Positions 56,290 to 64,000 of a stretch of 64,000 nucleotides of DNA are shown here, piece after piece. The notes beneath the pieces are model-generated. The model saw only the letters and a program-made list of their open reading frames with translations. It was not told the DNA's origin and did not search any database. Numbering within the stretch: position 1 is the stretch's first letter; every line of letters starts with the position of its first letter. A program made the translations under genes and the position numbers. Location of the stretch: assembly GCA_050246755.1 (NCBI GenBank), contig JBFWVL010000005.1, positions 1-64,000 of the forward strand, written 5' to 3'. The stretch is from Bacteriovoracia bacterium. Its GTDB lineage: Bacteria > Bdellovibrionota > UBA1018 > CAIPTA01.

Positions 56290-56649
56290 TCAGCGCAGGC
56301 GTTTTTTCCATTCGTCTTCCTTGAACCCAACGAAGCCGAAGCCCTCGCCCAGCACGAAAGGACGCTTCACCAGCCGCCCGTTGCCGGCCAAAAGATCGAT
56401 CTGCTCGGCTTCGCTCATGGTGGGCAGCTTCTTCCCTAGGCCGAGTTCGCGGTACACGAGGCCGGAGGTATTGAAGAGGGGTTTGAGGCCGCCGAGCTCT
56501 TTGGCCATCGCGCGCAGCTCGGACTTGGTGGGCGGTTGGCTGGTGATATCGATTTTTTCGAAAGGAATTTTTTTCGTTTCGAGAAACTTCAGCGCTTTCC
56601 TGCAAGTGCTGCAGCCGGAATACTCATAAATTTTTAGCTGGTTCTTCAA
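56290..56649 (-). CDS. ArsC/Spx/YffB family protein
   Basis: CSTCRKALKFL, LFNTSG..YREL, LVKRPF, VGFKEDEW. Confidence 0.9.
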   Translation of the reverse strand: MKNQLKIYEYSGCSTCRKALKFLETKKIPFEKIDITSQPPTKSELRAMAKELGGLKPLFNTSGLVYRELGLGKKLPTMSEAEQIDLLAGNGRLVKRPFVLGEGFGFVGFKEDEWKKRLR

Positions 56650-58096
56650 GCGGGGCCTCCTTTCCCATAGGCACGATTTTGGGAAAAAATAATCCGATCA
56701 CGAGCGCCAGCAGCGCGATGCCGGCGCTGAAAAAGAAAATTTTATGGAGCCCGCGGTCCATCAGCACCACGAGGCGGCCGAGCATTTCCGGCGACACGCC
56801 TTCTCCCGGCGCCGTGCTGATCAAATCGTTGGCCAAGCCGATCGGCAAGGAAGGATCATGGCGCAAAGATTTTGCGAGCACGGCTCCCATCACGCCCACC
56901 GAGATCGTGCCGCCGATGGTGCGGAAAAATAAATTGCTCGCGGTTGCCGTGCCGCGGCGATTCCAGTCCACGGCCGATTGCACCGAGAAGAGCAGGGGAA
57001 TATTCGAAAAGCCCATACCGAGCCCGAGGGTGCCCATCCCGATCATCAGCACGAACAAGGGAAGATCGAAGTAGGCGCCGAGCGCCGTGATCGAAGTGCC
57101 GGTCAGCACTAAGCTGAGCCCGAGGCGCAGCAGGGAGCGGAACCCCACGCGGGAGAGGATTCGGGCCGAGAGGCCGCTAGCGAGCGGCCACGCCAGGCCC
57201 ATCGGGATGATGCTGAGCCCGGCGGCGAAAATCCCGAGGCGGCGCACTCCTTCCACGTAGAGCGGGAGGTAGGTTACGAAGCTCAGCATGGTTCCCCCGA
57301 GCATGATGCTCACGAGGGACGCGTTCGAGATCACGGGATTGGCGAAGATATCCAGCGGCACGATCGGCTCTTTGCTTCGCTGCTCCACGAGTAAGAAAGC
57401 CACGAAACAGAAAATGGAGAAGGGCACGAGGAGCACGCTGTCTTCGGGATCGTTCACCGCGATCAGCACGCACACGATGGCGGCGCTCAGGAGCAGCGCT
57501 CCCGGCCAATCGAGAGAGGTTTTTTTTCGCTCCACTTTTTCAATCAGCGCTTTCTGGATGATCACCGCCGCGGCGATGCCGAAGGGAATATTCACGAGGA
57601 AGATCCAGGGCCAGCCTAGCGTTTCCACCACGATGCTGCCGATCATTGGGCCCAGTAATCCCGCCACGCCCCATACGGTGCCGAAGATGGCCGTCACACG
57701 CGCGCGTTCCTTAATCGTAAAAATATCCCCGCTGATCGTGAGCCCCATAGGTTGGATCGCACCGGCCCCGAGCCCCTGGATCGCGCGAAAGGCGATCAGC
57801 TGCGCCATCGAGTGCGAGAACGCCGAGCAGAGGGAGCCGAACAGGAAGAGGCAAATGCCGAACTGGAGCACGGGCTTACGCCCGTAGAGATCGGCGAGTT
57901 TTCCGTAGATCGGCACCGTGACGGTAGAGCTCATCATGTAGGCGGTGAACACCCAGGCGTAACGCTCAAGGCCGCCGAGGTCTCCCACGATGGTGGGCAT
58001 CACCGTGGCCACCGCGGTGGCTTCCATGGCTGCTAGGAATACGCCGCACAAAAGCGCGATCACGGTCCATTTGCGGTTGGTGGTTGCGGTAGACAT
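56624..58096 (-). CDS. 14-TM MFS multidrug transporter (DHA2 type)
   Basis: ATVMPTIVGDLGG, YGKLADLYGRK, RAIQGLGAG, WPWIFLVNIPFG. Confidence 0.92.
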   Translation of the reverse strand: MSTATTNRKWTVIALLCGVFLAAMEATAVATVMPTIVGDLGGLERYAWVFTAYMMSSTVTVPIYGKLADLYGRKPVLQFGICLFLFGSLCSAFSHSMAQLIAFRAIQGLGAGAIQPMGLTISGDIFTIKERARVTAIFGTVWGVAGLLGPMIGSIVVETLGWPWIFLVNIPFGIAAAVIIQKALIEKVERKKTSLDWPGALLLSAAIVCVLIAVNDPEDSVLLVPFSIFCFVAFLLVEQRSKEPIVPLDIFANPVISNASLVSIMLGGTMLSFVTYLPLYVEGVRRLGIFAAGLSIIPMGLAWPLASGLSARILSRVGFRSLLRLGLSLVLTGTSITALGAYFDLPLFVLMIGMGTLGLGMGFSNIPLLFSVQSAVDWNRRGTATASNLFFRTIGGTISVGVMGAVLAKSLRHDPSLPIGLANDLISTAPGEGVSPEMLGRLVVLMDRGLHKIFFFSAGIALLALVIGLFFPKIVPMGKEAPLEEPAKNL

Positions 58097-58216
58097 CAGG
58101 CTCTAAAAAAGGCGGCGAGCCTGTGGGTAAGACGAGGAAAATAGGAGAGAAAATGGGCGCACTGCAAAGAGAAGCCTCCTGGGCCGGGTGGCCCAAGAGA
58201 ACTATCATTTGGCTAA

Positions 58217-58999
58217 TTAAGCGGCAATTCGAATCTCAGTCGTGGAATCGGCCATGGTCTCTTTTAGTTGAGCGATTCCCTTTGCATGGAGCTGGCAAAC
58301 GCGAGATTCCGAGAGGTGGAGGCGCGTGCCGATCTCTTTTAGGTTCAGCTCCTCGAAATAATAGAGGCTGAGCACTTTTTGCTCCATTTCGGGAAGGAGC
58401 TTGAGGGCCGCTTCGATTTGGTCGCGCACGTTATGACGGCTCGCTTCCTCAAAGGGATTGGCGTGCGAATGGTCGTCGGGCACGAGCTCGATCGTGGTCT
58501 GGGTGCGATCCTCGGCGCCGCCGGCGCGGGCGTAGGAGGCGAGGTTCATCTGCTCGAGGGTATTCACGTCGCGCACGAGCTGCTCGAATTTCGGCTTGCT
58601 CAAGTGAAGGGCCTGGCAGAGCTCTTTGTCGGTAGCGGAACGCCCTTTATTCTCGCGCAGCTTTTCGCAGATGCGGGAAAACTGCTTGGCCTTTTGGCGC
58701 ATGCCTTTCGGGCACCAGTCCTGCGAGCGCAGCTCATCGAGCATGGCGCCGCGGATGCGGAATTCCGCGTAGGTTTTGAATTTGAAGCCTTTCTCGGGCT
58801 TGAAGCGCTCGAGCGACTGCATGAGGCCGATGAGGCCCGCGGAAACGAGATCGTCGAATTCCACGCTGGAGGGCAAACGCGCCGACATTTTCTTCGCCAC
58901 GATTTTCACGAGCGAAAAATATTCGAGCATGAGCGTCTCGCGCGTTTTGTTCTTAGAAGGTTCTGCTTTTTTGGAGGTCGCGGTGGTTACGTACTTCAT
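58217..58999 (-). CDS. fliA: FliA/WhiG-family sigma factor (sigma28)
   Basis: RLPSSVEFDDLVSAGLIGL, FKTYAEFRIRGAMLDELRSQDW, LYYFEELNLKEIG..L.LSESRVCQLH. Confidence 0.92.
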   Translation of the reverse strand: MKYVTTATSKKAEPSKNKTRETLMLEYFSLVKIVAKKMSARLPSSVEFDDLVSAGLIGLMQSLERFKPEKGFKFKTYAEFRIRGAMLDELRSQDWCPKGMRQKAKQFSRICEKLRENKGRSATDKELCQALHLSKPKFEQLVRDVNTLEQMNLASYARAGGAEDRTQTTIELVPDDHSHANPFEEASRHNVRDQIEAALKLLPEMEQKVLSLYYFEELNLKEIGTRLHLSESRVCQLHAKGIAQLKETMADSTTEIRIAA

Positions 59000-59286
59000 G
59001 GGGGACTCCTAGCAAGAGATAGGAAAGTTTCCATTTTGTGCGGCGGGCCTCCGGTGAAAAGGGAGCGCTCTCCGTAGGGGCAAATACGCGAACCAAAAAC
59101 CATCTTCAGCATCTCCCGCCAATGTTTTGAGTTTGGCGGGGGATTCAAAAATCACGTGGAAGATTCAGCTCTTAGCTCCGCTGGGGTTGTACCTGCTACC
59201 TGGTAAAAGATGCATCGGCCGTACCATAGCTTAAGTGCCCGGAAACATTAGCGTGGCCTCCCGGAGACAACGGCGATCTTTTGGCC

Positions 59287-59307
59287 ATCGTCTAAACCTT
59301 AGACGAT
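59287..59307. promoter_or_regulatory. Perfect 9-3-9 palindrome between the divergent fliA and FKBP genes
   Basis: ATCGTCTAA-ACC-TTAGACGAT. Confidence 0.5.
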
Positions 59308-59404
59308 TTGCCATTCTTCCTGAAACGGAGTTACTTGCCATCGCGATGGTTATGGGCAAGGCTAATGGGAAGATTAGATCCACCATTTATTTAGAGGAGC
59401 AGAA

Positions 59405-59905
59405 ATGTTGAAGACTATACTCGTGAGTATTTTTTGTTTAGCCATCATGACCCCCGCTTTCGCCAAAGAGAAAAAAGCCAAAGGAAAAGGCAAAGCCAAA
59501 GCCGCCGTGGCCAAGAAGGAAGAAAAGCCGGAAGCAAAAAAAGAGGACAAAGCCGCCAAGGGTGATAAGAAGCGCAGCGATGGCCTGGTGATCGAAGACG
59601 AAAAAGTGGGCTCCGGCAAAGAAGCCAAGCTCGGCAGCAAGATCACGGTTCACTACCGCGGCACCCTCGAGAGCGGCAAAGAATTCGACTCCTCCTACGC
59701 CGCCGGCGAGCCCATTACCTTCGATCTCTTGGAAGGCCGCTTGATCAAGGGCTGGACCGAAGGAATTCCCGGCATGAAAGTGGGCGGCAAGCGCAAGCTG
59801 AAGATTCCCTACCAGTTGGCTTACGGCGAAACCGGTACTCCCGGCGGCCCGATTCCCCCGAAAGCAAATTTGAATTTCGAAGTGGAGCTGATGGACGTTA
59901 AATAA
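59405..59905 (+). CDS. Exported FKBP-type peptidyl-prolyl isomerase
   Basis: Signal peptide, Lys-rich linker, VHYRGTL, FDSSY, IKGWTEG, MKVGGKRKL, LAYG, IPP.A.L.FEVEL. Confidence 0.95.
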   Translation: MLKTILVSIFCLAIMTPAFAKEKKAKGKGKAKAAVAKKEEKPEAKKEDKAAKGDKKRSDGLVIEDEKVGSGKEAKLGSKITVHYRGTLESGKEFDSSYAAGEPITFDLLEGRLIKGWTEGIPGMKVGGKRKLKIPYQLAYGETGTPGGPIPPKANLNFEVELMDVK

Positions 59906-59922
59906 ATCCGTTCTCGAAACGC

Positions 59923-59958
59923 AAAAGACCTGACTCTCGCGAGCCAGGTCTTTTTTTT
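59923..59958. terminator. Rho-independent terminator, likely bidirectional
   Basis: AAAAGACCTG...CAGGTCTTTTTTTT. Confidence 0.8.
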
Positions 59959-59967
59959 ATTCCGTTT

Positions 59968-60456
59968 CTAGCAACCGCGGCGAGAGGTAACGCGGTCCGA
60001 GCTGTCGCAACGGGTGATCCCGCAACTGCTGTCCCGAGAGTAGCAGCGGTCCAGCGCTTGGTTTCGTGCGTCCGATTCGGAATAGTCGGAGTAGGCCTCG
60101 AAGCTTTCTCGCCGTCCATCGCGGTCTACGCCTTCCGAGCGGCAAACGTAGGACTTCGAGTAGCAGGTTTCGGTACAAGCTCCGTGCAGCGCTTTACATT
60201 CGCCGCAAGAATTATGGGCGGCGTGCTCTTCCCAGCCGTTATCGGTGGACTGGCAAAAAAGCTGGGGTTGTTGGTATCCACCGCCGTACCCTCCGCCGTT
60301 GTTCCCTCTTCCGCCACCCCAACGCCCTCCGCGATTACCATACTGTCCGCCCCGGCCTTGGTGATTGAAACCACGCTCGGCGGCTTGCGCTGGCGCCGCG
60401 CTCACGGCGGAAAGGGTGAGTGCCAAGAGACCAAGAACTGCTGCTAGACGTTTCAT
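59968..60456 (-). CDS. Secreted Gly-rich / 10-Cys small protein
   Basis: Start MKRLAA at 60456; signal peptide AQA; RGG-rich segment followed by a Cys-rich domain. Confidence 0.75.
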   Translation of the reverse strand: MKRLAAVLGLLALTLSAVSAAPAQAAERGFNHQGRGGQYGNRGGRWGGGRGNNGGGYGGGYQQPQLFCQSTDNGWEEHAAHNSCGECKALHGACTETCYSKSYVCRSEGVDRDGRRESFEAYSDYSESDARNQALDRCYSRDSSCGITRCDSSDRVTSRRGC

Positions 60457-60503
60457 AATTTCTCCATTGGTTTGATAGGGCCAAAAACTCTGCTCGGCCC
60501 AAC

Positions 60504-60518
60504 GCAAGCGGTATGCCA
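60504..60518 (-). promoter_or_regulatory. sigma54 promoter
   Basis: TGGCAT-ACCGC-TTGC, near-consensus. Confidence 0.7.
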
Positions 60519-60597
60519 GCGCGGAAAAGCGAATTAGCGGGAGCGCGGGGGAATTTTCGTGGTGCGATCTAAGGCCCGGGGCCGTTCTGCTACCAGT

Positions 60598-61170
60598 TCA
60601 CGGAGCAATTTCTACGCTGCCCGGGGAGCCCGAAGGTTGGAGACGGAAATCCACGGTGATTTCTTTTTGGGAAGGAACCGGCGCTCCATTCCGGTTTGCG
60701 GGGGCGTAAAGAGCATCAGCCAAGCCTGCCAGGGCGGCCTGGTCTAAGCGGAAAAATCCGGAAGAACGGAGCACTTTGGCGTTGGAGGCCTGACCGGTTT
60801 CGGAAACTTCCAGGGTGACACTCACCTTGCCGGCTTCGCCCAGGCGGGCCGAAAGAGCGGGATAAGCGATAGTGATGGCGTGGGCGAGATGGGCTTCGGA
60901 AGTACCGTTGGCGGTTTGCGGCTGGCCGTTGGCGGGGAGGGAACCGAGAGCGGAACCAGTGGGCGGTTCGCTGTTGGCGTTTAGCGGTGAAGGGCTTGGG
61001 GCAGAGGTATTCGCGGGCATCGTTTCCGCGTTAGGATTCCCGCCCACGAAGATTTCTCCTTTGCTGAGCTGCAAGCCGGTGTCCTCTTCCGGAGCGGGTC
61101 TCAGCAAAAAATAAATCGGTGCCAAGAGGAGCAAATGCGCCAGGAGCGAAAGCGTTAGGAACCGCATCAC
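60598..61170 (-). CDS. tonB: Energy transducer TonB
   Basis: SLLAH TM motif, Pro-rich linker, YPALSARLGEAGKV, RSSGF.RLDQAAL. Confidence 0.9.
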   Translation of the reverse strand: MMRFLTLSLLAHLLLLAPIYFLLRPAPEEDTGLQLSKGEIFVGGNPNAETMPANTSAPSPSPLNANSEPPTGSALGSLPANGQPQTANGTSEAHLAHAITIAYPALSARLGEAGKVSVTLEVSETGQASNAKVLRSSGFFRLDQAALAGLADALYAPANRNGAPVPSQKEITVDFRLQPSGSPGSVEIAP

Positions 61171-62915
61171 CAGGCCGCCTCGATCCCCGCGTAGCCCGAC
61201 AGCTCGGGAACCCCGTAGCCGCTGGTTTCCTGGTAGTGGCGGTTCGCCAGGTTTTCTCCCCGCAAGAATAACTTATATTCCTGGCTCAGGCGCTGGAACG
61301 CATTGGCGGAGACCACCGCGAAGGGCGGCATTTTTTGACGGTTGAAAAGCGTGGGGTGCACGTCGTCGCGGCGGCCCACGTAGCGTAGCTGCAGCGAGGC
61401 GCCCCTAAGCTCGCCTTCGTGGAACTCGGTCGAGATCGTGTTCGAAAAAACCGGGCGGCGATAGAGTTTCAGGCCCGTATCCCTATCTTCCGAGTGCAGC
61501 GTGGTGAGCGCATTGCGGAAAGTGACGGACCGGAATTTTCTCGCGAGGCTCCACTCGAGCCCGTAAGTTTTCGCCGCGCGCAGATTGAAATAGCGCGAGC
61601 GCACGGAATCGAAATCGATCATGTCGCGAAACCGATTAAAGTAGCCGGTGAGTTCCGAGTCCCATTCCTCGCTGGAAAGCTCCAGCCCCAGGTCTCCGCC
61701 GAGGCTCTTTTCAGCCCTCAAGCCCGGCGTGCCGTAGCGCGAATAGGTTTGGTAGAGAGAGGGGGCTTTAAATCCGGTACCAAGGCTGCCCTTCACGCGG
61801 AAAAAATCCGGCACGAGCCAATAGCCGAGGCCGCCGCGAAAATTCGGCTCAGCCTTATGCTGGGAACGGAGATCCAAGCGGGCGCCGGCCGTGCCGTGGA
61901 GGCGCCGGCCGAATTGCTCCTGCAGAAAAATGGCGCCGCCCTGGAAGCTGCGGCGATGGACGAGCTCATTGGATTGCCCAGACTCTTGGCAAGCTTCGAG
62001 CCCCACGGTGGTTTGGTGGCCAGACTGAGTGAGTCGCACCAGCTGCTCGAGCTTCGTAAGGTAGGCCTTATAGAAGGCGGGGGAAATGGTATTGTCGTCG
62101 CGTTCGTGCGTTACCACCGAGGCACCGGTAGAAAACTCCACGCCTTCGCGATGCAGATAAACGGAATCAGCGCGAAACAATAATTGCTGGTGGTTCGTAT
62201 ACGTATTGAACGTGTCGGCGGCCGGCCCGCCATTGGCGTCGGTATCGGTGCGGGAATCTTCGTAGTCGGCCTGCACCGCGAGGGAGAGGCTATCGCTCAG
62301 GGAAAAATCTTTCTTCCCTCCCAGACGCCAGGCGACAATCCCGTCGCGCTCGGAATTTCCTTCGCGCTCATCGGCCGCCGAGAAGCCCTTGGATTTTTCG
62401 TACGCTCCGTGAAAGCCTAGGTAGGAAGCCTGCGCTTTTCCGCTTTGGTAGGAGCCCGCTTCGATTCTCGCCTTCGGGGGATGCGCGCCCTTCTTGGTGA
62501 AAATCTGGACCACCCCGCCGAGGGCGTCGCTGCCGTAGAGCACGCTTTGCGGGCCCTTGATGATCTCCACGCGCTCGATCTCGCTCAAGGGAATTTGCCC
62601 GAAGTCGAAGGTGCGGGAAGGCGACAAGGGATCGTTCATCACCATGCCGTCCACGATCACGAGCGTGTGTTCCGCCTTGGCTCCGCGCAGGAGCACGCTG
62701 CGGGTTTGACCCGGACCGCCGGCGCTCGTGAAGGCCAAGCCGGGAATTATCGATAGGGAATTTTCTACGCTTTCCCCGCTCCCTTGCCAGGAATCACTGC
62801 TCACTACGCCGAGCGAGTAGGGAAGGGATCTGGTGGAGGCTTCGGAGCGGGTGGCGGTTACCACCACGGTTTCGGCTTGAGCGCAAAGGGAGAAAAATAG
62901 GATAAAGAGAATCAT
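61167..62915 (-). CDS. btuB: TonB-dependent receptor, probable cobalamin transporter BtuB
   Basis: TonB box ETVVVTATR, IERVEIIKGPQSVLYGSDALGGV, GFKAPSLYQ, C-terminal W; cobalamin riboswitch upstream. Confidence 0.88.
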   Translation of the reverse strand: MILFILFFSLCAQAETVVVTATRSEASTRSLPYSLGVVSSDSWQGSGESVENSLSIIPGLAFTSAGGPGQTRSVLLRGAKAEHTLVIVDGMVMNDPLSPSRTFDFGQIPLSEIERVEIIKGPQSVLYGSDALGGVVQIFTKKGAHPPKARIEAGSYQSGKAQASYLGFHGAYEKSKGFSAADEREGNSERDGIVAWRLGGKKDFSLSDSLSLAVQADYEDSRTDTDANGGPAADTFNTYTNHQQLLFRADSVYLHREGVEFSTGASVVTHERDDNTISPAFYKAYLTKLEQLVRLTQSGHQTTVGLEACQESGQSNELVHRRSFQGGAIFLQEQFGRRLHGTAGARLDLRSQHKAEPNFRGGLGYWLVPDFFRVKGSLGTGFKAPSLYQTYSRYGTPGLRAEKSLGGDLGLELSSEEWDSELTGYFNRFRDMIDFDSVRSRYFNLRAAKTYGLEWSLARKFRSVTFRNALTTLHSEDRDTGLKLYRRPVFSNTISTEFHEGELRGASLQLRYVGRRDDVHPTLFNRQKMPPFAVVSANAFQRLSQEYKLFLRGENLANRHYQETSGYGVPELSGYAGIEAAW

Positions 62916-62937
62916 CGAAGCTCCTGCACGGGATAAA

Positions 62938-63020
62938 ACTTGGAAAGCGATCGGGCTCGTGACAATTCACATACCGTTGCGGCACAGCTCCGGACTCTCA
63001 CCGGAATTCCCTTGCCAAGT
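62938..63020 (-). ncRNA. Cobalamin riboswitch (compact)
   Basis: Minus strand ACTTGG..AGGGAA-T-TCCGGTGAGAGTCCGGA-GCTGTGCCGCAACGGTA...GAGCCCGATCGC..CCAAGT. Confidence 0.88.
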
Positions 63021-63154
63021 ATCCTTCCTTGCTAGCACCCGCCCTTCCAAAACTCAATCCGGCTCTCGCCGCTTTATCGTCGGTATCGCATTGCATTAAC
63101 GGCCTCATTCCTCTCTACGGTGCCCGGGATTCTGTGTTATAAAAAAATCACTCC

Positions 63155-64000
63155 ATGATCGACAACAAACAGCAGAGTAATTTTTGGTTCTACGTACTCG
63201 GCGCCCTCGGCGTGGTGTATGGCGATATCGGAACCAGTCCGCTCTATGCTCTACGTGAATGCTTCCACCATTCCCACGGGATCGAACTGAATCCCGCGAA
63301 CGTGATGGGAGTGCTCTCCCTGATCTTTTGGTCGCTCGTGATCGTGATCTCGATTAAGTATGTTTTATTTATAATGCGGGCCGACAACAAAGGCGAAGGC
63401 GGAATCCTGGCCTTGATCGCTCTCGTTTCCCCTCACCGCATGCGTCGTGCTTCCGACCGCGTGCGCTTCGTGATCCCCGTGGGAATTTTCGGGGCCGCCC
63501 TGCTTTTCGGCGATGGCATGATTACCCCTTCGATCACGGTACTCTCCGCGGTGGAAGGCTTGGAGGTGGCCACACCCTTCTTCACGCCCTACGTTTTGCC
63601 GATTACCGTCGCCGTGCTCATTTTTCTTTTTACCTTTCAGCGCCTCGGTAGCGCGCGCATCGGCGCGATCTTTGGCCCCATCATGGTGGCCTGGTTTCTA
63701 ATTCTTTCCGCGCTCGGGATCGCGGAGATCATCCAGGCTCCCGCCGTGCTCGCGGCGGTGAATCCTATGTACGCCATTCATTTTTTCATGGGCAATGGCA
63801 CTCCCGGTTTTCTCGTGCTCGGTTCGGTGGTGCTGGTGGTTACCGGGGGCGAAGCCCTCTACGCTGATATGGGCCACTTCGGCCGCCGTCCTATCAAGGC
63901 CGCCTGGTTCATGCTCGTGCTTCCTGGCTTGCTATTGAATTATTTCGGCCAAGGGGCGCTCCTGATCGGCGATCCTTCCGCTATCCAAAACCCCTTCTAC
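63155..64000 (+). CDS. kup: KUP/HAK/KT potassium transporter (partial, runs off the window)
   Basis: [57 protein letters not shown]. Confidence 0.95.
   Translation, partial: MIDNKQQSNFWFYVLGALGVVYGDIGTSPLYALRECFHHSHGIELNPANVMGVLSLIFWSLVIVISIKYVLFIMRADNKGEGGILALIALVSPHRMRRASDRVRFVIPVGIFGAALLFGDGMITPSITVLSAVEGLEVATPFFTPYVLPITVAVLIFLFTFQRLGSARIGAIFGPIMVAWFLILSALGIAEIIQAPAVLAAVNPMYAIHFFMGNGTPGFLVLGSVVLVVTGGEALYADMGHFGRRPIKAAWFMLVLPGLLLNYFGQGALLIGDPSAIQNPFY

Noticed and set aside
59060-59320. Calling the fliA upstream region 6S RNA or a c-di-GMP-I riboswitch
   Set aside because: The internal hairpin is off-centre for a 6S rod. The GGCAAA-hairpin on the minus strand lacks the GNRA loop and GACGCAAAG signature. 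Kept only as an unclassified structure.
1-64000. CRISPR array, rRNA or retron/RT system
   Set aside because: No regularly spaced repeat-spacer units, rRNA-like sequence, cas genes or RT motifs were seen.

Overview
Gene-dense bacterial chromosome window. The many secreted Cys-containing hypothetical proteins, an RSPAS motif and a fused ABCC/MRP-type exporter suggest a predatory Bdellovibrionota-like organism (inference). The left arm holds rluD-like, lepB, a HAD hydrolase, a GH73 glucosaminidase and tRNA-His. An accessory region follows (~8.2-27.8 kb, no integrase visible). It contains three AT-rich genes including a GIY-YIG/T5orf172 nuclease, a zinc-starvation module (Fur/Zur, DUF1826, two COG0523 GTPases, an unannotated Zn-free L33, MerC-like, RcnA-like, two copies of a 23-bp operator palindrome), a heat-shock-like module (two Hsp20s, two tiny Zn-ribbon proteins, an HPF-like protein), a persulfide-detoxification cluster, and MarR/LysR redox loci. 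The right part holds an SsuABC-like transporter, an HMA/Cu locus, tandem secreted paralogs sharing a 320-bp near-identical peptidoglycan-binding tail, amino-sugar genes, an ABCC exporter, an orphan FliA-type sigma factor, an FKBP, a cobalamin riboswitch-btuB-tonB unit and a partial kup. The most striking unexplained pattern is a recurring sigma28-like promoter (TAAA/TCAA-N16-[G/A/T]CCGATA[A/G]). It often sits only 6-9 nt before the ATG of uncharacterised secreted proteins, making it a candidate leaderless FliA-driven secreted-effector regulon. All family calls come from motif recognition by eye; no searches were run.
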